Both the position numbers and the translations under genes were made by a program. A stretch of DNA of 32,000 nt. Source: Acinetobacter bohemicus ANC 3994. GTDB lineage: Bacteria; Pseudomonadota; Gammaproteobacteria; Pseudomonadales; Moraxellaceae. Every line of letters starts with the position of its first letter. Position 1 is the first letter of the stretch. The notes beneath the pieces are model-generated. The model was not told the origin of the DNA, ran no database searches, and was given only the letters and a program-made list of their open reading frames with translations. The DNA is taken from NCBI RefSeq assembly GCF_000367925.1, contig NZ_KB849164.1, positions 711,383-743,382 of the forward strand, read 5' to 3'. Below are positions 1 to 9,736 of this stretch, piece after piece.

Positions 1-2
1 GG

Positions 3-71
3 CGTTTTGGTTTTGAAACCAGTGAAATTGTTGAACAAATGCAGAAAAAAAATAGTTTGATGATTGTGTAG
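3..71 (+). CDS. 3' end of a gene that starts upstream of the window (possibly a GNAT/RimI-like acetyltransferase C-terminus)
   Basis: Frame 3 is open from the window edge to TAG at 69-71 (..RFGFETSEIVEQMQKKNSLMIV*). The 'RFGFE' ending is typical of GNAT C-termini. The fragment is very short. Confidence 0.25.
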   Translation, partial: RFGFETSEIVEQMQKKNSLMIV

Positions 72-186
72 CAAGGGTGAGATAAAATTATAGATGAGTG
101 ATGATTAAACTAATCGTCAATAAAAGCACAGCAAAATATAGATATTATCGTTAGAATACCAAGCATTAAATTGGTGATGAAAAAAG

Positions 187-858
187 ATGATAGGGCATCA
201 GCGTGACATACTGGCGACATTAGGGATCGATATTTGGATTCCTAAGGATGTTGCATGTCAGAATATGCCATCGTCATCGATCTGGCGAGATCAGGCTGCA
301 CCTGAATATTTGACTGAAATTGTCATTGCGAAATCTCAGCCTGAAATACCAATAGTGCCTCAGATTGAGCAGCCTAAAGTACTTGAGCGGATAGAAGCTT
401 TAATCACACCATCTGTGATCAAAGAAGTGCCAACTGAAGTTGCACCTTTGGCTATTGAAGAACGTACAGCTCTACAGATCGCACCTTTTCAATTACAAGC
501 TTTTGGCTTGCCCGATTGTGTCATTGTTGTTGATGCCACGGAAATGACGGCTGAACAACAGCAGCTTTGGAATAATATTCAGCAGGCAGTTCAGGCTGAA
601 TATTATGAGCTACAGTGGCCATTTCCTTTGCTTAATTTCCAAGATAGTCGTGGTGTAGACAGTTATGTACACGGTTTCTTGGATGCTATTAGTGCAGATA
701 AAAACATTATTTTAATCGGGCAGCTGCCTTATTTAGCTGACCCCAAAAGTATAAATTTGGCTGGCTTGCAAGAAATGCTTGATCAGCCATTATTGAAAAA
801 ACGCCTATGGCAATTTATGCAAAAAAAAGTAATCAGAGCGCGGATGGGATATGAATAA
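187..858 (+). CDS. Hypothetical protein, possibly a divergent DNA polymerase III psi subunit (HolD-like)
   Basis: 223-aa ORF with an ATG start. N-terminal 'QRDILATLGIDIWIP' and C-terminal 'LLKKRLWQFM' resemble my recollection of E. coli HolD ('RRDWQLQQLGITQW', '..ALWQQI'). It overlaps the next gene by 8 nt. Confidence 0.45.
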   Translation: MIGHQRDILATLGIDIWIPKDVACQNMPSSSIWRDQAAPEYLTEIVIAKSQPEIPIVPQIEQPKVLERIEALITPSVIKEVPTEVAPLAIEERTALQIAPFQLQAFGLPDCVIVVDATEMTAEQQQLWNNIQQAVQAEYYELQWPFPLLNFQDSRGVDSYVHGFLDAISADKNIILIGQLPYLADPKSINLAGLQEMLDQPLLKKRLWQFMQKKVIRARMGYE

Positions 859-1819
859 GAAAGTTGTGGTTTTTAGTCAGCTAGATCAAGATGTACTTCA
901 GCGCTTACAAGCTCAATATCATGTGGTGGTGATTAACCCAAAACAGGGTGATGTGAATGAGCAAATACGCGAACAGGTCAAAGATGCGGATGCCATGATT
1001 GGTGCGGGGCGTTTACTGAATGAAAGTAATTTGGCGACCGCACAGCAGCTTAAAATTATTTCCAGTGTGAGTGTTGGTTATGATAATTATGATCTTGCTT
1101 ATTTGAATCAGAAAAAAATTTGGTTAACCAATACACCGCATGTGTTGACCGAAACCACGGCTGATTTAGCCTTTACTTTGTTGATGAGTGCTGCGCGAAA
1201 AGTGCCTTATTTAGATCAATGGACCAAGCAAGGTCATTGGCAACGTACTGTGGGTGAAGCACAATTTGGGCATGATATTTTTGGTAAAACACTCGGTATT
1301 ATTGGTCTAGGTAATATTGGTGTTGCTGTGGCACGTCGTGGTTTTTATGGTTTTAATATGAATATTCTTTACCATAACCGCCGTGAAAGACTGGAATTGG
1401 CACAGCCTTTAAATGCAAAATATTGCGCTTTGAATGAGTTGTTGCAACAGTCTGATTTTATTGTTGTTGCCGTTGATTTAAATGCCGAATCTAAAGCATT
1501 AATTGGGCAATCTGAATTTGATAACATGCAACCCCATGCGGTTTTTGTAAATATTGCTCGTGGTTCTGTAGTGGATCAGCAGGCACTTATTGCTACCTTG
1601 AAGGCCGGTAAGATTTTTGCTGCGGGACTGGATGTGTATGCAAAAGAGCCGTTACAAGAATCGGAGCTTTTTCATTTGGACAATGTGGTGACTTTGCCAC
1701 ATGTCGGTTCTGCTACCGCAGAGACGCGTAAAAAAATGGCTGAACTCGCCTATCGTAATGTGGTGGATGCACTTGAAGGGCAGACCCCACCTTATATCGT
1801 CAATCCTGTATTTTCTTAA
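851..1819 (+). CDS. D-isomer-specific 2-hydroxyacid dehydrogenase (glyoxylate/hydroxypyruvate reductase B-like)
   Basis: 322 aa. NAD-binding 'GIIGLGNIGVAVARR', 'NIARG..VD' and 'LPHVGSAT' motifs are typical of the family. Confidence 0.85.
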   Translation: MNKKVVVFSQLDQDVLQRLQAQYHVVVINPKQGDVNEQIREQVKDADAMIGAGRLLNESNLATAQQLKIISSVSVGYDNYDLAYLNQKKIWLTNTPHVLTETTADLAFTLLMSAARKVPYLDQWTKQGHWQRTVGEAQFGHDIFGKTLGIIGLGNIGVAVARRGFYGFNMNILYHNRRERLELAQPLNAKYCALNELLQQSDFIVVAVDLNAESKALIGQSEFDNMQPHAVFVNIARGSVVDQQALIATLKAGKIFAAGLDVYAKEPLQESELFHLDNVVTLPHVGSATAETRKKMAELAYRNVVDALEGQTPPYIVNPVFS

Positions 1820-1905
1820 AATTTAATAACACTTCATTGCAAATGCCTTCAATTTTCAATGCTATAGTCTGATAAATTGAAAAAAAGCAGTTTGAGTATA
1901 TAGCA

Positions 1906-3345
1906 TTGAAACGGTTTTTATTGGCTTGTAGTACAGCTTTGATTTCAGTCATGGGGACAACGCACAGTGCTAATCTGAATGCTGTGCCCCAGTTTAGTGT
2001 TCCTGAAATTGGCAGTGGGATTGGTTTAATTGACCAGCAAAAAGAAAAAATGATAGGGGAAAAAGTCTTTCGCGAAGTGCAAAGACACATGCCAGTCATG
2101 CAAAACCCATGGTTAGAAGATCAGTTATTCAATGTATTTGCACATATTTTAAGTCAAACCCAGCTTGGTCAGCCTATAGGCTTGGTGATCATTAACGATG
2201 CTCAAATTAATGCTTTTGCTGTTCCCGGTGGATTATTTGCCCTGAATGCAGGCTTAATTACCTCTGCTCGAAATATGGATGAGGTGGCAGGTGTAATGGC
2301 GCATGAGGTGGCACATGTATCACAACGTCATTACAGTCGTTCACAAGAAGCATTTAAGGGGCAAGGTTTACTGACCTTAGCAGGGCTTTTGGTGGGAGCT
2401 TTGGTTGCTTCGCAAGCAGATGGTGATATTGGTACAGCCGTGATGTTGGGGACACAAGCCGCATTAATGGATAAGCAGTTGAATTATAGCCGTAACCAAG
2501 AGCGCGAAGCCGATCGTATTGGTATGCAATATATGTATTCAGCGGGTTATAACCCACAGAGTATGGCTGACTTTTTTGAGGTGATGCATCGCGCGACGAG
2601 CCAAGTGTCTTTTTTACCTGATTTTTGGTTAACACATCCATTGAGCACGGAGCGGATGAGTGAAGCACGCTTACGGGCAAATCAATTGCCTCAAGTGAAA
2701 TCGAATTTGCATGATGAAGATTTTGAAATACTGAAATGGTACAGTATGGTGATCTCTAATCAGGCAACAGAACAACAATTACAGATTTTGGCAAATCGTA
2801 AAAATTTTGCGGGACAGGTGGCTTTATCTGCATTTTATTTAAAACAAGGCGACTATGTTCTCGCTCAGCAAGTTTTAGATCAGGCAAAGATGCATCAGCG
2901 TTTAAATAATTTGATGATTCTTATTCAAACGGATATTTATTTAGGGCAAAATAAAGTCGATGAAGCATATACAGCGATTCAATCCACTGCGCGAATTATG
3001 CCTGAAAATAGAGCTTTAGCTTTTAAATTGGCTGAAGTGTTGATTCGTCAAAAGGAAGCAGGGCAAGCCCTGAGCTTAATCCAGCGTTTTAGCAATAAGA
3101 ATCCGCGAGATATTGCTGCATGGCGTTTGATGCAACAAGCTGCAAATATTGATCAACAATCCCCTTTGAGAACGGTGAATGTATTACGTTATCGTGCAGA
3201 GGTTGAATATTGGTCGGGTTGGGAAGAAAATGCAATTAAGTCATTATTGCACGCAGAGCGTTTAGTTAAAAATAATGAAGGATTGTCTGCAAAACTTAAA
3301 ATACGACTGAGTGAAATGCAAAAAGAGCGACAGCTAAAAATCTAA
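1906..3345 (+). CDS. bepA: Periplasmic M48 metalloprotease with C-terminal TPR region (BepA/YfgC-like)
   Basis: 479 aa with a TTG start that gives a signal peptide (MKRFLLACSTALISV..). 'HEVAHV' HExxH motif, 'NQEREADRIG' and 'THPL' as in BepA. The C-terminal half is TPR-like. Confidence 0.8.
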   Translation: MKRFLLACSTALISVMGTTHSANLNAVPQFSVPEIGSGIGLIDQQKEKMIGEKVFREVQRHMPVMQNPWLEDQLFNVFAHILSQTQLGQPIGLVIINDAQINAFAVPGGLFALNAGLITSARNMDEVAGVMAHEVAHVSQRHYSRSQEAFKGQGLLTLAGLLVGALVASQADGDIGTAVMLGTQAALMDKQLNYSRNQEREADRIGMQYMYSAGYNPQSMADFFEVMHRATSQVSFLPDFWLTHPLSTERMSEARLRANQLPQVKSNLHDEDFEILKWYSMVISNQATEQQLQILANRKNFAGQVALSAFYLKQGDYVLAQQVLDQAKMHQRLNNLMILIQTDIYLGQNKVDEAYTAIQSTARIMPENRALAFKLAEVLIRQKEAGQALSLIQRFSNKNPRDIAAWRLMQQAANIDQQSPLRTVNVLRYRAEVEYWSGWEENAIKSLLHAERLVKNNEGLSAKLKIRLSEMQKERQLKI

Positions 3346-3394
3346 CTCAGGATAATTTTTTACAGCAAAGAGAATAAAAATAAGGAGGTTGGAA

Positions 3395-3763
3395 ATGATT
3401 GAAGGGCAATGCTTATGTGGGTTGGTAACATACCGTTATCATGCCGAGATTGAAAAAACAATCATCTGTTATTGTAAGCACTGCCAACGTGCTCAAGGTT
3501 CTCTATTTGGTTGGAATAGCCCGTTAGATAAATCTAAATTTGAGATTAGTAGTGGTATTAAATTTTTAAAAGAATATTTTCATAGTCCTTATAAAGCACG
3601 TGTTTTTTGCCAAGAGTGTGGTAGTCCTATTTATTCTTATCGGGTGGATCTACCTGATGTTATACGTTTACGCTTGGGCACGGTAACCAGTGGTCAATTG
3701 CCAGCACCAACGGAACAGGCTTACCTAGAATACAAACCCTCTTTTTTGCATATAGATGAATGA
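3395..3763 (+). CDS. GFA-family (glutathione-dependent formaldehyde-activating-like) zinc protein
   Basis: Cys motifs 'CLCG', 'CYCKHC', 'CQECGSP'. ATG at 3395 sits 6 nt after AAGGAGG; the ORF track starts 6 nt earlier at a TTG. Confidence 0.75.
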   Translation: MIEGQCLCGLVTYRYHAEIEKTIICYCKHCQRAQGSLFGWNSPLDKSKFEISSGIKFLKEYFHSPYKARVFCQECGSPIYSYRVDLPDVIRLRLGTVTSGQLPAPTEQAYLEYKPSFLHIDE

Positions 3764-3844
3764 AATCTACCGCTAAAGTTGCTAAGTATATGATAATCTT
3801 GGTTTGAATTTATATTTTTAACGATGACCTGTATTGATTGATTT

Positions 3845-4207
3845 ATGAAAAAAATATTATTTTGCTTATTGGTGTTGGGGTGTTCTGCATCAGGTCGTGT
3901 CTTTGCAAGCGTAGAGCAATATGTAGCAGCAGTAGAAAAAATTTCTAACCAGTATAAGCAGGAAACAAGGAATTTTTTTAGTGGTTTAGATGCGCGACAG
4001 AGCAATTTTACACCACAGCAACAGGTACAATTCTGTGGAATTGTTGGGGATTATGTTGAGCGGCTATATCAAGCGGCAGATCAAAATAGAGGGGCTTTGG
4101 ATCGTCAATTTAGACAAATGACTAAGCAAGATGTGATTGATCAAGTAATGTCGTCAAAAGAGATGTTAATTTTGAAAAAATATAATATTCAATGTGATCT
4201 GAAATAG
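3845..4207 (+). CDS. Hypothetical lipoprotein
   Basis: 120 aa. Signal peptide with a lipobox-like 'LLVLGCSAS'. I recognise no family. Confidence 0.55.
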   Translation: MKKILFCLLVLGCSASGRVFASVEQYVAAVEKISNQYKQETRNFFSGLDARQSNFTPQQQVQFCGIVGDYVERLYQAADQNRGALDRQFRQMTKQDVIDQVMSSKEMLILKKYNIQCDLK

Positions 4208-4281
4208 AAAATAACAACTTTTGAACTGTCTTTAAAGAGAAGGCAGTTCAACGTTAAAGAATAAATTTGATAAGCGTGGGA

Positions 4282-4728
4282 TTACGCAAGTTTTGCTTTA
4301 ATTTTTGCAGAAACTTGTGCAGGATCGGCACGTCCGGCTATGATCGGACGTAGAGAATTCATCACCTTACCCATATCTTTCATGCTAGTAGCTTCTTGCG
4401 CAGTAATTGTCTGTGCAATGATTGAATCAAGTTCTTCCTCAGTCATAGCTGCTGGTAGAAATTGAGAGATAATCTCAACTTCGGCTTGTTCCTTACTAGC
4501 TAAGTCTTGTCGATTAGCACCTTCAAAGGCTTTAATCGATTCTTTACGTTGTTTGATTTGCTTTTCAATGACCGCAAGAACTCGACTATCATCAAGCTCT
4601 ACGCGCTCATCGATTTCAATTTGTTTGATTGCTGCCTGTAGACCACGAATTACCGTTAACTTAGACATTTCTTTAGCGCGCATAGCTGCTTTCAAAACTT
4701 CAGTTATTTGGTTTTTTAAAGTCGTCAT
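4282..4728 (-). CDS. GatB/YqeY domain-containing protein
   Basis: 148 aa. 'LKAAMRAKE...RKESI..F....R.DLA..E..E..II..FLP' is typical of YqeY-like proteins. It lies downstream of rpsU. Confidence 0.8.
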   Translation of the reverse strand: MTTLKNQITEVLKAAMRAKEMSKLTVIRGLQAAIKQIEIDERVELDDSRVLAVIEKQIKQRKESIKAFEGANRQDLASKEQAEVEIISQFLPAAMTEEELDSIIAQTITAQEATSMKDMGKVMNSLRPIIAGRADPAQVSAKIKAKLA

Positions 4729-4767
4729 CTATTTTTTCCAGTTCAGTCAATCAGTCACAAATTAATT

Positions 4768-4983
4768 TTAGTAAAGGCGAGTAGTACGTACAGATTCACG
4801 CGCCAATTTCTTTTGGTAGCGTTTAACTGCAGCAGCTTTTTTGCGTTTACGTTCTTGAGTTGGTTTTTCATAGAATTCGCGTTTACGAACGTCAGCTAAA
4901 ACGCCCGCTTTTTCGCATGAACGTTTGAAACGACGGATAGCTACGTCTACTGGTTCGCCTTCTTTCAATTTAACTTGTGGCAT
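4768..4983 (-). CDS. rpsU: 30S ribosomal protein S21
   Basis: 71 aa: '[42 protein letters not shown]..'. Confidence 0.95.
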
Positions 4984-5127
4984 GAAGAATCCTCATTAAG
5001 TTATGGATAAGATCTAGACTGGATTGCCTAGATCACAAGTGAAGGACAGTATTTTACTCATTTACATCTCATATCACAAGTCTATAATAGCATTAGTAAT
5101 ATTTAGATACGGGTAAAAGGCAGTTTA

Positions 5128-6144
5128 ATGATCGTTCTTGGCTTAGAAACTTCATGTGATGAAACAGGTTTAGCACTTTATGACAGTGAAGTTGGTTTAA
5201 GAGCACAGGTGCTATATAGCCAGATTAAATTGCATGCTGAATATGGTGGCGTTGTGCCAGAGTTGGCTTCACGTGACCATGTGCGCAAGCTAATTCCTTT
5301 AATGAATCAATTGCTTGAAGAAAGTAAAATTCAAAAATCAGAAATTGATGCGATTGCTTATACCCGCGGCCCTGGCTTAATGGGCGCGTTAATGACCGGT
5401 GCATTATTTGGTCGTACCCTAGCATTTGCATTAAATAAACCGGCCATTGGTGTGCATCATATGGAAGGTCATATGTTGGCGCCTTTATTGTCTGAAACTC
5501 CGCCAGAATTTCCATTTGTCGCTTTATTGGTCTCTGGTGGGCATACCCAGCTTATGGCAGCACATGGCATTGGTCAATATGAACTCCTTGGTGAGTCGAT
5601 TGATGATGCTGCGGGTGAAGCTTTTGATAAAGTTGCAAAAATGATGGGGCTTGCTTATCCGGGTGGACCCAATGTATCTAAATTAGCCTTACAAGGCAGT
5701 GCAACCGCTTTTGATTTTCCACGTCCGATGTTACATCAAGGGTTGGACTTTTCATTTAGTGGTTTAAAAACTGCGGTTTCCATTCAATTGAAAAAAGTTG
5801 CCGGTCAAAACCGCGAAGCAGATATTGCTGCGTCTTTTCAAGAAGCCTTGGTCGATACCTTGGTTAAAAAATCGGTTAAAGCTTTGAAGCAAACGGGTTT
5901 AAAACGGTTGGTGATCGCGGGTGGTGTGAGTGCCAATTCGCGTTTACGTGAACGGTTAGAAGCCGATTTAGCGAAAATTAAAGCGACCGTTTACTATGCA
6001 GAACCTGCATTATGTACCGATAACGGGGCAATGATTGCCTTTGCAGGTTATCAGCGTTTAAAAGCGGGGCAACACGATGGTTTGTCGGTAACCACGACAC
6101 CACGCTGGCCGATGACGGAATTGAGCAATCCTGAGCAGGAATAA
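5128..6144 (+). CDS. tsaD: tRNA N6-adenosine threonylcarbamoyltransferase TsaD
   Basis: 338 aa. '[10 protein letters not shown]', 'HHMEGH' and 'VSGGHT' motifs. Divergent from rpsU, as in many Proteobacteria. Confidence 0.95.
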   Translation: MIVLGLETSCDETGLALYDSEVGLRAQVLYSQIKLHAEYGGVVPELASRDHVRKLIPLMNQLLEESKIQKSEIDAIAYTRGPGLMGALMTGALFGRTLAFALNKPAIGVHHMEGHMLAPLLSETPPEFPFVALLVSGGHTQLMAAHGIGQYELLGESIDDAAGEAFDKVAKMMGLAYPGGPNVSKLALQGSATAFDFPRPMLHQGLDFSFSGLKTAVSIQLKKVAGQNREADIAASFQEALVDTLVKKSVKALKQTGLKRLVIAGGVSANSRLRERLEADLAKIKATVYYAEPALCTDNGAMIAFAGYQRLKAGQHDGLSVTTTPRWPMTELSNPEQE

Positions 6145-6157
6145 GTATTGAATTTTG

Positions 6158-6182
6158 AAAAGAGGCGAAAGCCTCTTTTTTT
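6158..6182 (+). terminator. Rho-independent terminator of tsaD
   Basis: Stem AAAGAGGC (6158-6166) / GCCTCTTT (6171-6178), GAAA loop, then a T-run. Confidence 0.8.
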
Positions 6183-6244
6183 ATCTTCATTTATCGCAGT
6201 ATGAATGGTTTTAAGTCGAGTATTGCTAAAAAGAGACTCGAAAC

Positions 6245-6285
6245 AATAAAAAAAGAGTAATTTCTCATTAAGAAATTACTCTTTT
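6245..6285 (-). terminator. Rho-independent terminator downstream of the DUF4385-like gene
   Basis: 15-bp perfect stem AAAAGAGTAATTTCT / AGAAATTACTCTTTT (6251-6265 / 6271-6285). A T-run follows on the minus strand. Confidence 0.8.
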
Positions 6286-6311
6286 AATGATGCTCTTCAT
6301 GAATGCTTCAA

Positions 6312-6878
6312 TTAATCTTGACGAATCAATAGATTGAATTGCTCTTTAAGTTCAATATATTTTGGATTTAATTTTGCTTGATCGCTTTTATCTTTAAAAA
6401 TTTTCGCCACAGTCGCTTTGACTTCATCTGTATGGCTGTGTGGATGTTTTTCAGTTGCAACAGCATCATTAAGTAATACTTTAACTTTGGGTGTCGCCCC
6501 TTTATTTTTTCGGCCAGTTTTATGTGTGCCTTTTTTATGATTTGCATAACGACGCGCACGCGTATAACCCATGAGCAAAAATTTTCTTGCCATGTCTGCG
6601 CCAACAAAATCATTCTTCTCTAAATAATCTAGGAATAATGCAAAGATTTTTGCACTACTTTCAGTGGCTTGTGCTTCATCTTCAAATTGCCAAAAGGGTA
6701 AAATTTCCGATTTATACGGTTCAACCAATAAAACACCTTCTTCACCACGACCAATGCGATATAACTTTGGACGCTTTCTAAAATTAATCTTTTCAAAGTC
6801 GAGTGAAAAGTCAAAACTGCGTGAAAATGTTTTGGCATCAGACTTAGGCGTTAATGAAACCTGTTCATTATCGGTCAT
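6312..6878 (-). CDS. DUF4385-like protein
   Basis: 188 aa. 'YRIGRGEEGVL..EPYKSEILPFW.F' and 'DFVGADMARKFLLMGYTRARRYANHK' match my memory of the DUF4385 family. Confidence 0.6.
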   Translation of the reverse strand: MTDNEQVSLTPKSDAKTFSRSFDFSLDFEKINFRKRPKLYRIGRGEEGVLLVEPYKSEILPFWQFEDEAQATESSAKIFALFLDYLEKNDFVGADMARKFLLMGYTRARRYANHKKGTHKTGRKNKGATPKVKVLLNDAVATEKHPHSHTDEVKATVAKIFKDKSDQAKLNPKYIELKEQFNLLIRQD

Positions 6879-7160
6879 GGGGGATTCCTTAAAATGTGTG
6901 ATTTCTTTGAATAATAAACACTATTCATAACGAGCTTAGATAGAGTTTAAGGCATTGTGATATGTCAAAACTGCAATGTATATAATAATGTATATCACCA
7001 CAGCTGTTTATCTCGCCTAAATAAAAGGATTCAGTGTTTTGAGAGAGAAGATATTAAACAATCAATAATCTAGAATTTTTGCAAATACGAACGACTGAAA
7101 CAACAATCTAAAATGATGGTGCATTTGATTTTAGATCATTATTTCAGAAATCATGAAAAA

Positions 7161-8033
7161 TTAAAAGGATGCCAATCGTTGCGAGCCAATCCAATGTTTG
7201 GAAAACTGATAAGCGGCACGTCCAGAACGTTGACCACGTAGTTGACACCATCTTAAAGATTCAGCACGAACTTCATCAGTAAATTCCGTATCTGCTTTAG
7301 CTAAATAATGTTCGACTATTTCTAAATAGAGCTTCTGATCCATTGGGTAAAAAGACAGCCATAAACCAAAACGATCAGACAATGAAATTTTTTCTTCAAT
7401 CGCTTCTTGAGGATGTAATTCTGTGTATTGCGGCACATCGACACGCGTAACAGGCGTATTTTCATGCATAAATTCAGGCAATAAGTGACGACGGTTACTG
7501 GTTGCATAAATAATAAAATTGCTTGAGCCTGACTGTAGCGAACCATCTAGCACACTTTTTAAACTGCGGTAGTTTTCATCTTCTGCGTTAAAAGCCAAAT
7601 CATCACAATACACAATAAATTTTTCAGGACGATCTTGAATAAGCTTCTGAATTTCAGGTAAGTCTGACAAATCATCACGTTCTATTTCAATTAAACGTAA
7701 ACCCTTAGATTCATATTGAGTCAGTAAAGCACGCACAATAGAGGACTTTCCTGTGCCTCGTGAGCCGGTAAGTAGTACGTCATTCGCTGGCAGACCTTGG
7801 AGAAATTGTAAGGTGTTTTGGATTACTTTTTGTTTTTGCTTTTCAATCCCTTTTAAATCATCTAAATAAATTTTCTTCGGTTGTTGAATGGCTTTCAATT
7901 GTTTGTCTTGCCATTTATAAGCAGATGCTGAAAAGTCAGTTTCTTGTTTCAGTTCGGGTAAATTCTGCTGTAATTGTTGCAGTACAGTAGAAAGAGCTTC
8001 TAAGATATGGTCAGGTAAATTAATTGTTGCCAT
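7161..8033 (-). CDS. AAA-type ATP-binding protein (DUF815 family)
   Basis: 290 aa. Walker A 'GSRGTGKSS' and Walker B-like 'FIVYCDDLAF', with DUF815-like overall length. Confidence 0.75.
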   Translation of the reverse strand: MATINLPDHILEALSTVLQQLQQNLPELKQETDFSASAYKWQDKQLKAIQQPKKIYLDDLKGIEKQKQKVIQNTLQFLQGLPANDVLLTGSRGTGKSSIVRALLTQYESKGLRLIEIERDDLSDLPEIQKLIQDRPEKFIVYCDDLAFNAEDENYRSLKSVLDGSLQSGSSNFIIYATSNRRHLLPEFMHENTPVTRVDVPQYTELHPQEAIEEKISLSDRFGLWLSFYPMDQKLYLEIVEHYLAKADTEFTDEVRAESLRWCQLRGQRSGRAAYQFSKHWIGSQRLASF

Positions 8034-8224
8034 GATTGTTCAGCTTGTACGTTTGAAAGATAAAAAAAAGATAGTTTTGCTTAAGAACTGTATATCAATT
8101 AGTCGTGATTTGCCAATGGAATAGGCATTTTTTGTCATGATAATCCGCTGAGTTTTCTGTCAATGTAATGCTTGATGACCTATTATGAATAGTGAATGAC
8201 AATGAAAGTGTTTGAGGGATAGGT

Positions 8225-9736
8225 ATGTTATTTAAAGATTTCACACAAGATATTAATCCACATCAAGCGTATCGAATAAAAAAATTAAAAAGCCAACTCG
8301 GAACAGCCGAATCATATGAAGAATGGAAAAGTATCGCGCTGAAAATAGATGAAGAATCTGGCGCTCAAGAATGGAAGTTTGATAACTGCTCACCTTATTT
8401 TGATGCTGAAATTATTGCCCATCGATTAGTTTTATTAAAACGCTATCGGCTGCAAAAACGTACCCGTGATCTGATGTATATATTACGTGAAGGTTTAACC
8501 TACGATATTGCGAATATTGCTCATCCCATGTTGTTCACTGCGACATATATGGGAACTAAAAAAATTATTGAAGATTATGTGGAAGAAGTCAGTGAAAGTC
8601 TGGCTTTTATTGCTTCAACGGCTTGTCAGTGTTTGTCATTGTCAGAAAAAATTGATTTTTTTCAGCATTGTAAAAAAGCATATGGGCAACCTGCCTTAAT
8701 GTTCTCTGGAGGAGCAACCTTAGGTTTGTTTCATACGGGAGTATGTAAGGCTTTACTTGAGCAAGATTTAATGCCCAAGGTGTTATCTGGCTCTAGTGCA
8801 GGGGCCATTATGACGGCAATGCTAGGGACTTCAAAACCTTCAGAAATTTCAGCGCGTTTAAATGGTGAAAACTTTTTTAGTGAAGCTTTTCATTTTCGTA
8901 AATTCAGTGAGCTTTTAAAAGGTAATGGTGGGCTTGCCGATGTGAAATACCTAAAGAAATTCCTTGTGGAAAATTTAGGTGATATTACCTTTGAGGAAGC
9001 ATTTAAAATTTCTGGCTTGCACATCAATGTGGCTGTAGCCCCTTATGATGCTTCACAAGAAGCGCGGATTATGAATGCCTACACATCACCAGATTTGTTG
9101 GTTTGGAGTGCCGTTTTGGCGTCCTGTGCAGTCCCGATATTATTTCCGCCCGTTAGACTCACCAGTAAACGCTACGATGGCGAATTAACGCCATATATGG
9201 CCTCCACGCGTTGGGTAGATGGCAGTGTACGCAGTGATTTTCCTCAAGAGAAAATGGCACGCTTGTATAATTTAAATTACACCATTGCCAGTCAGGTCAA
9301 TCCACATATTGTGCCGTTTATGCAAAGTGATGCAGAGCGCTATCGCAAAGATATGTTAAGTTGGCCGGAACGGATTATTCGTCGTCAGGGGAAGGTCATT
9401 ACCAAAGGAATTATGGACTTTGCACGCGGCCGAGTTGGAAAAATCCCACCAATACGACGTTTGCTTGATCATGGTTATGGCGTGGTGGATCAAGGCTATT
9501 ATGGTGATTTGAATATTGTGGGCAATTATAGTTCGCGACACTATACCTATATGTTGCAGAACCCACGTCCATATTTGTTTAAATTATTACAGCGTGAAGG
9601 TGAGCAGGCGACATGGCCTAAAATGTCATCTATTGAAACGCATGCCCGCGTCGGTAAAACCATTCAACATTGTTTGGAGCTTTTAAATTATCAACAAGAT
9701 CCAGAGCAAAAAGCCGCAGAATTTATTGCAGTTTAA
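8225..9736 (+). CDS. Patatin-like phospholipase/lipase with N-terminal DUF3336-like region
   Basis: 503 aa. Oxyanion 'FSGGATLGLFHTG', nucleophile 'GSSAGA' (GxSxG) and catalytic Asp in 'VDGSV'. Confidence 0.85.
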   Translation: MLFKDFTQDINPHQAYRIKKLKSQLGTAESYEEWKSIALKIDEESGAQEWKFDNCSPYFDAEIIAHRLVLLKRYRLQKRTRDLMYILREGLTYDIANIAHPMLFTATYMGTKKIIEDYVEEVSESLAFIASTACQCLSLSEKIDFFQHCKKAYGQPALMFSGGATLGLFHTGVCKALLEQDLMPKVLSGSSAGAIMTAMLGTSKPSEISARLNGENFFSEAFHFRKFSELLKGNGGLADVKYLKKFLVENLGDITFEEAFKISGLHINVAVAPYDASQEARIMNAYTSPDLLVWSAVLASCAVPILFPPVRLTSKRYDGELTPYMASTRWVDGSVRSDFPQEKMARLYNLNYTIASQVNPHIVPFMQSDAERYRKDMLSWPERIIRRQGKVITKGIMDFARGRVGKIPPIRRLLDHGYGVVDQGYYGDLNIVGNYSSRHYTYMLQNPRPYLFKLLQREGEQATWPKMSSIETHARVGKTIQHCLELLNYQQDPEQKAAEFIAV

